Assembly (NCBI RefSeq): GCF_963676685.1
Contig: NC_092353.1
Span: 1,612,001-1,676,000 of the forward strand
DNA from: Mytilus edulis
Lineage: Eukaryota
Direction of reading: 5' to 3'
DNA: 64,000 bases
A program made the translations under genes and the position numbers. The stretch's first letter is position 1, and every line of letters begins with the position of its first letter. The notes beneath the pieces are model-generated. The model searched no databases and was not told where the DNA came from. It worked only from the letters and a program-made list of their open reading frames with translations. Positions 63,030 to 64,000 of the stretch are shown piece by piece.

Positions 63030-63480
63030 AAACTATAGACTAAGCAACACAATTCCCCTAAAACGGGAGTGGTCTCACGTGCAACATAAAGGGTAAGCAG
63101 ATCCTGCTCCAAGTATGGCACCCATTGTGTTGCTCATGTATTTACAAACTCGGTGATAAGTTTAATTCGGTATATGTCACAAACTCGGTGATAAGTTTAA
63201 TTCGGTATATGTCACAAACTCGGTGATAAGTTTAATTCGGTATATGTCACAAACTCGGTGATAAGTTTAATTCGGTATATGTCACATTGAACAATTAGAA
63301 CATATCCGTTGTCTTCTGAGAAACAGATCGAGATTTTAATAACGGTCAATCAACTTATGATGACGTCCGTAAAATTCTCTAAGGGATAATTTTAATAACT
63401 GCTCCGTTTTTCTTCTTCAAATCTTGGTCTAATAGCTTCCTTGTAGGTAACAACCCTCTAACAAGAATATTAGAATAGAA
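63030..63480 (-). mobile_element. Probable retroelement 3' remnant containing a 35-bp x4 tandem repeat (63144-63285)
   Basis: The tandem acaaactcggtgataagtttaattcggtatatgtc x4 is directly visible. The flanks resemble a Penelope-like tail (recalled, less certain). Confidence 0.45.
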
Positions 63481-64000
63481 ATGTAAGCGTAAGCTTAAAA
63501 AATGGGAACATAAGTTCCTCCGTATATTCTAACACAAACTAAATTTTTAATAAAATTAAGTCCCGCATATTCTTTTTGGTAGTATAATATTTTCACTGAT
63601 AAGTTTTAAATCATTATCATCGATACATGATATATGTCACACATAAGGAAAAGCAAAGAGTATCCCATTACAAAGGTACTTGTAAAAAATTAAATCAAGT
63701 TAACAATTTAAACAAATACGTTGAAATTATATATGATAGAAATAAAGGGAATGCAAACATGTCGATCAATGTAAACTTGAAGAGATTTAACAACTTATCA
63801 TTGAAAAGAACGCATTTAGAATATTATCTGCTGGAAAACAAACTCCACATTATTATTGACAATGTGATTACGACAGCTCAGCCACAGGGTTGTCTCCCCT
63901 AATATTGAAAACATATTAAACAGGACATTAAAGGAAATTGAATCATGAATAATTAACCATATCATTCTATATTTCTACAGGCTGTATACATGATGTCAAT

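Overview
AT-rich, intron-containing animal genomic DNA. The repeat and gene families suggest a bivalve mollusc, probably a mytilid mussel (inference). The left ~34 kb is the 3' part of ASCC3 (+ strand, 9 exons, 19060-33606). Its very large upstream intron holds a complete antisense 6-exon type-I membrane receptor gene (signal peptide, SUEL-like, CUB-like, mucin stalk, TM). Two ASCC3 exon ends have been tandemly amplified together with their 5' splice sites. One forms a ~6.3 kb array of about 80 pyrimidine-tract-CAG|GTAAGT units that look like recursive-splicing (ratchet) sites. The right half carries a RING-less B-box/coiled-coil/beta-propeller TRIM-like gene (+), a 4-exon GM2-activator-like ML-domain gene (-), a 3-exon cvSI-like 12-Cys secreted peptide gene (-) and a 2-exon achaete-scute-like bHLH gene (-). 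A triplicated ~590-bp unit combines a Penelope-like RT remnant with a type I hammerhead ribozyme, a retrozyme-like arrangement. There are also many MITEs, HINE/Helentron-like elements, SINE-like repeats, satellites and nested insertions. All gene models were built by hand from splice signals and reading frames. Protein identities come from recalled family motifs, not database searches.
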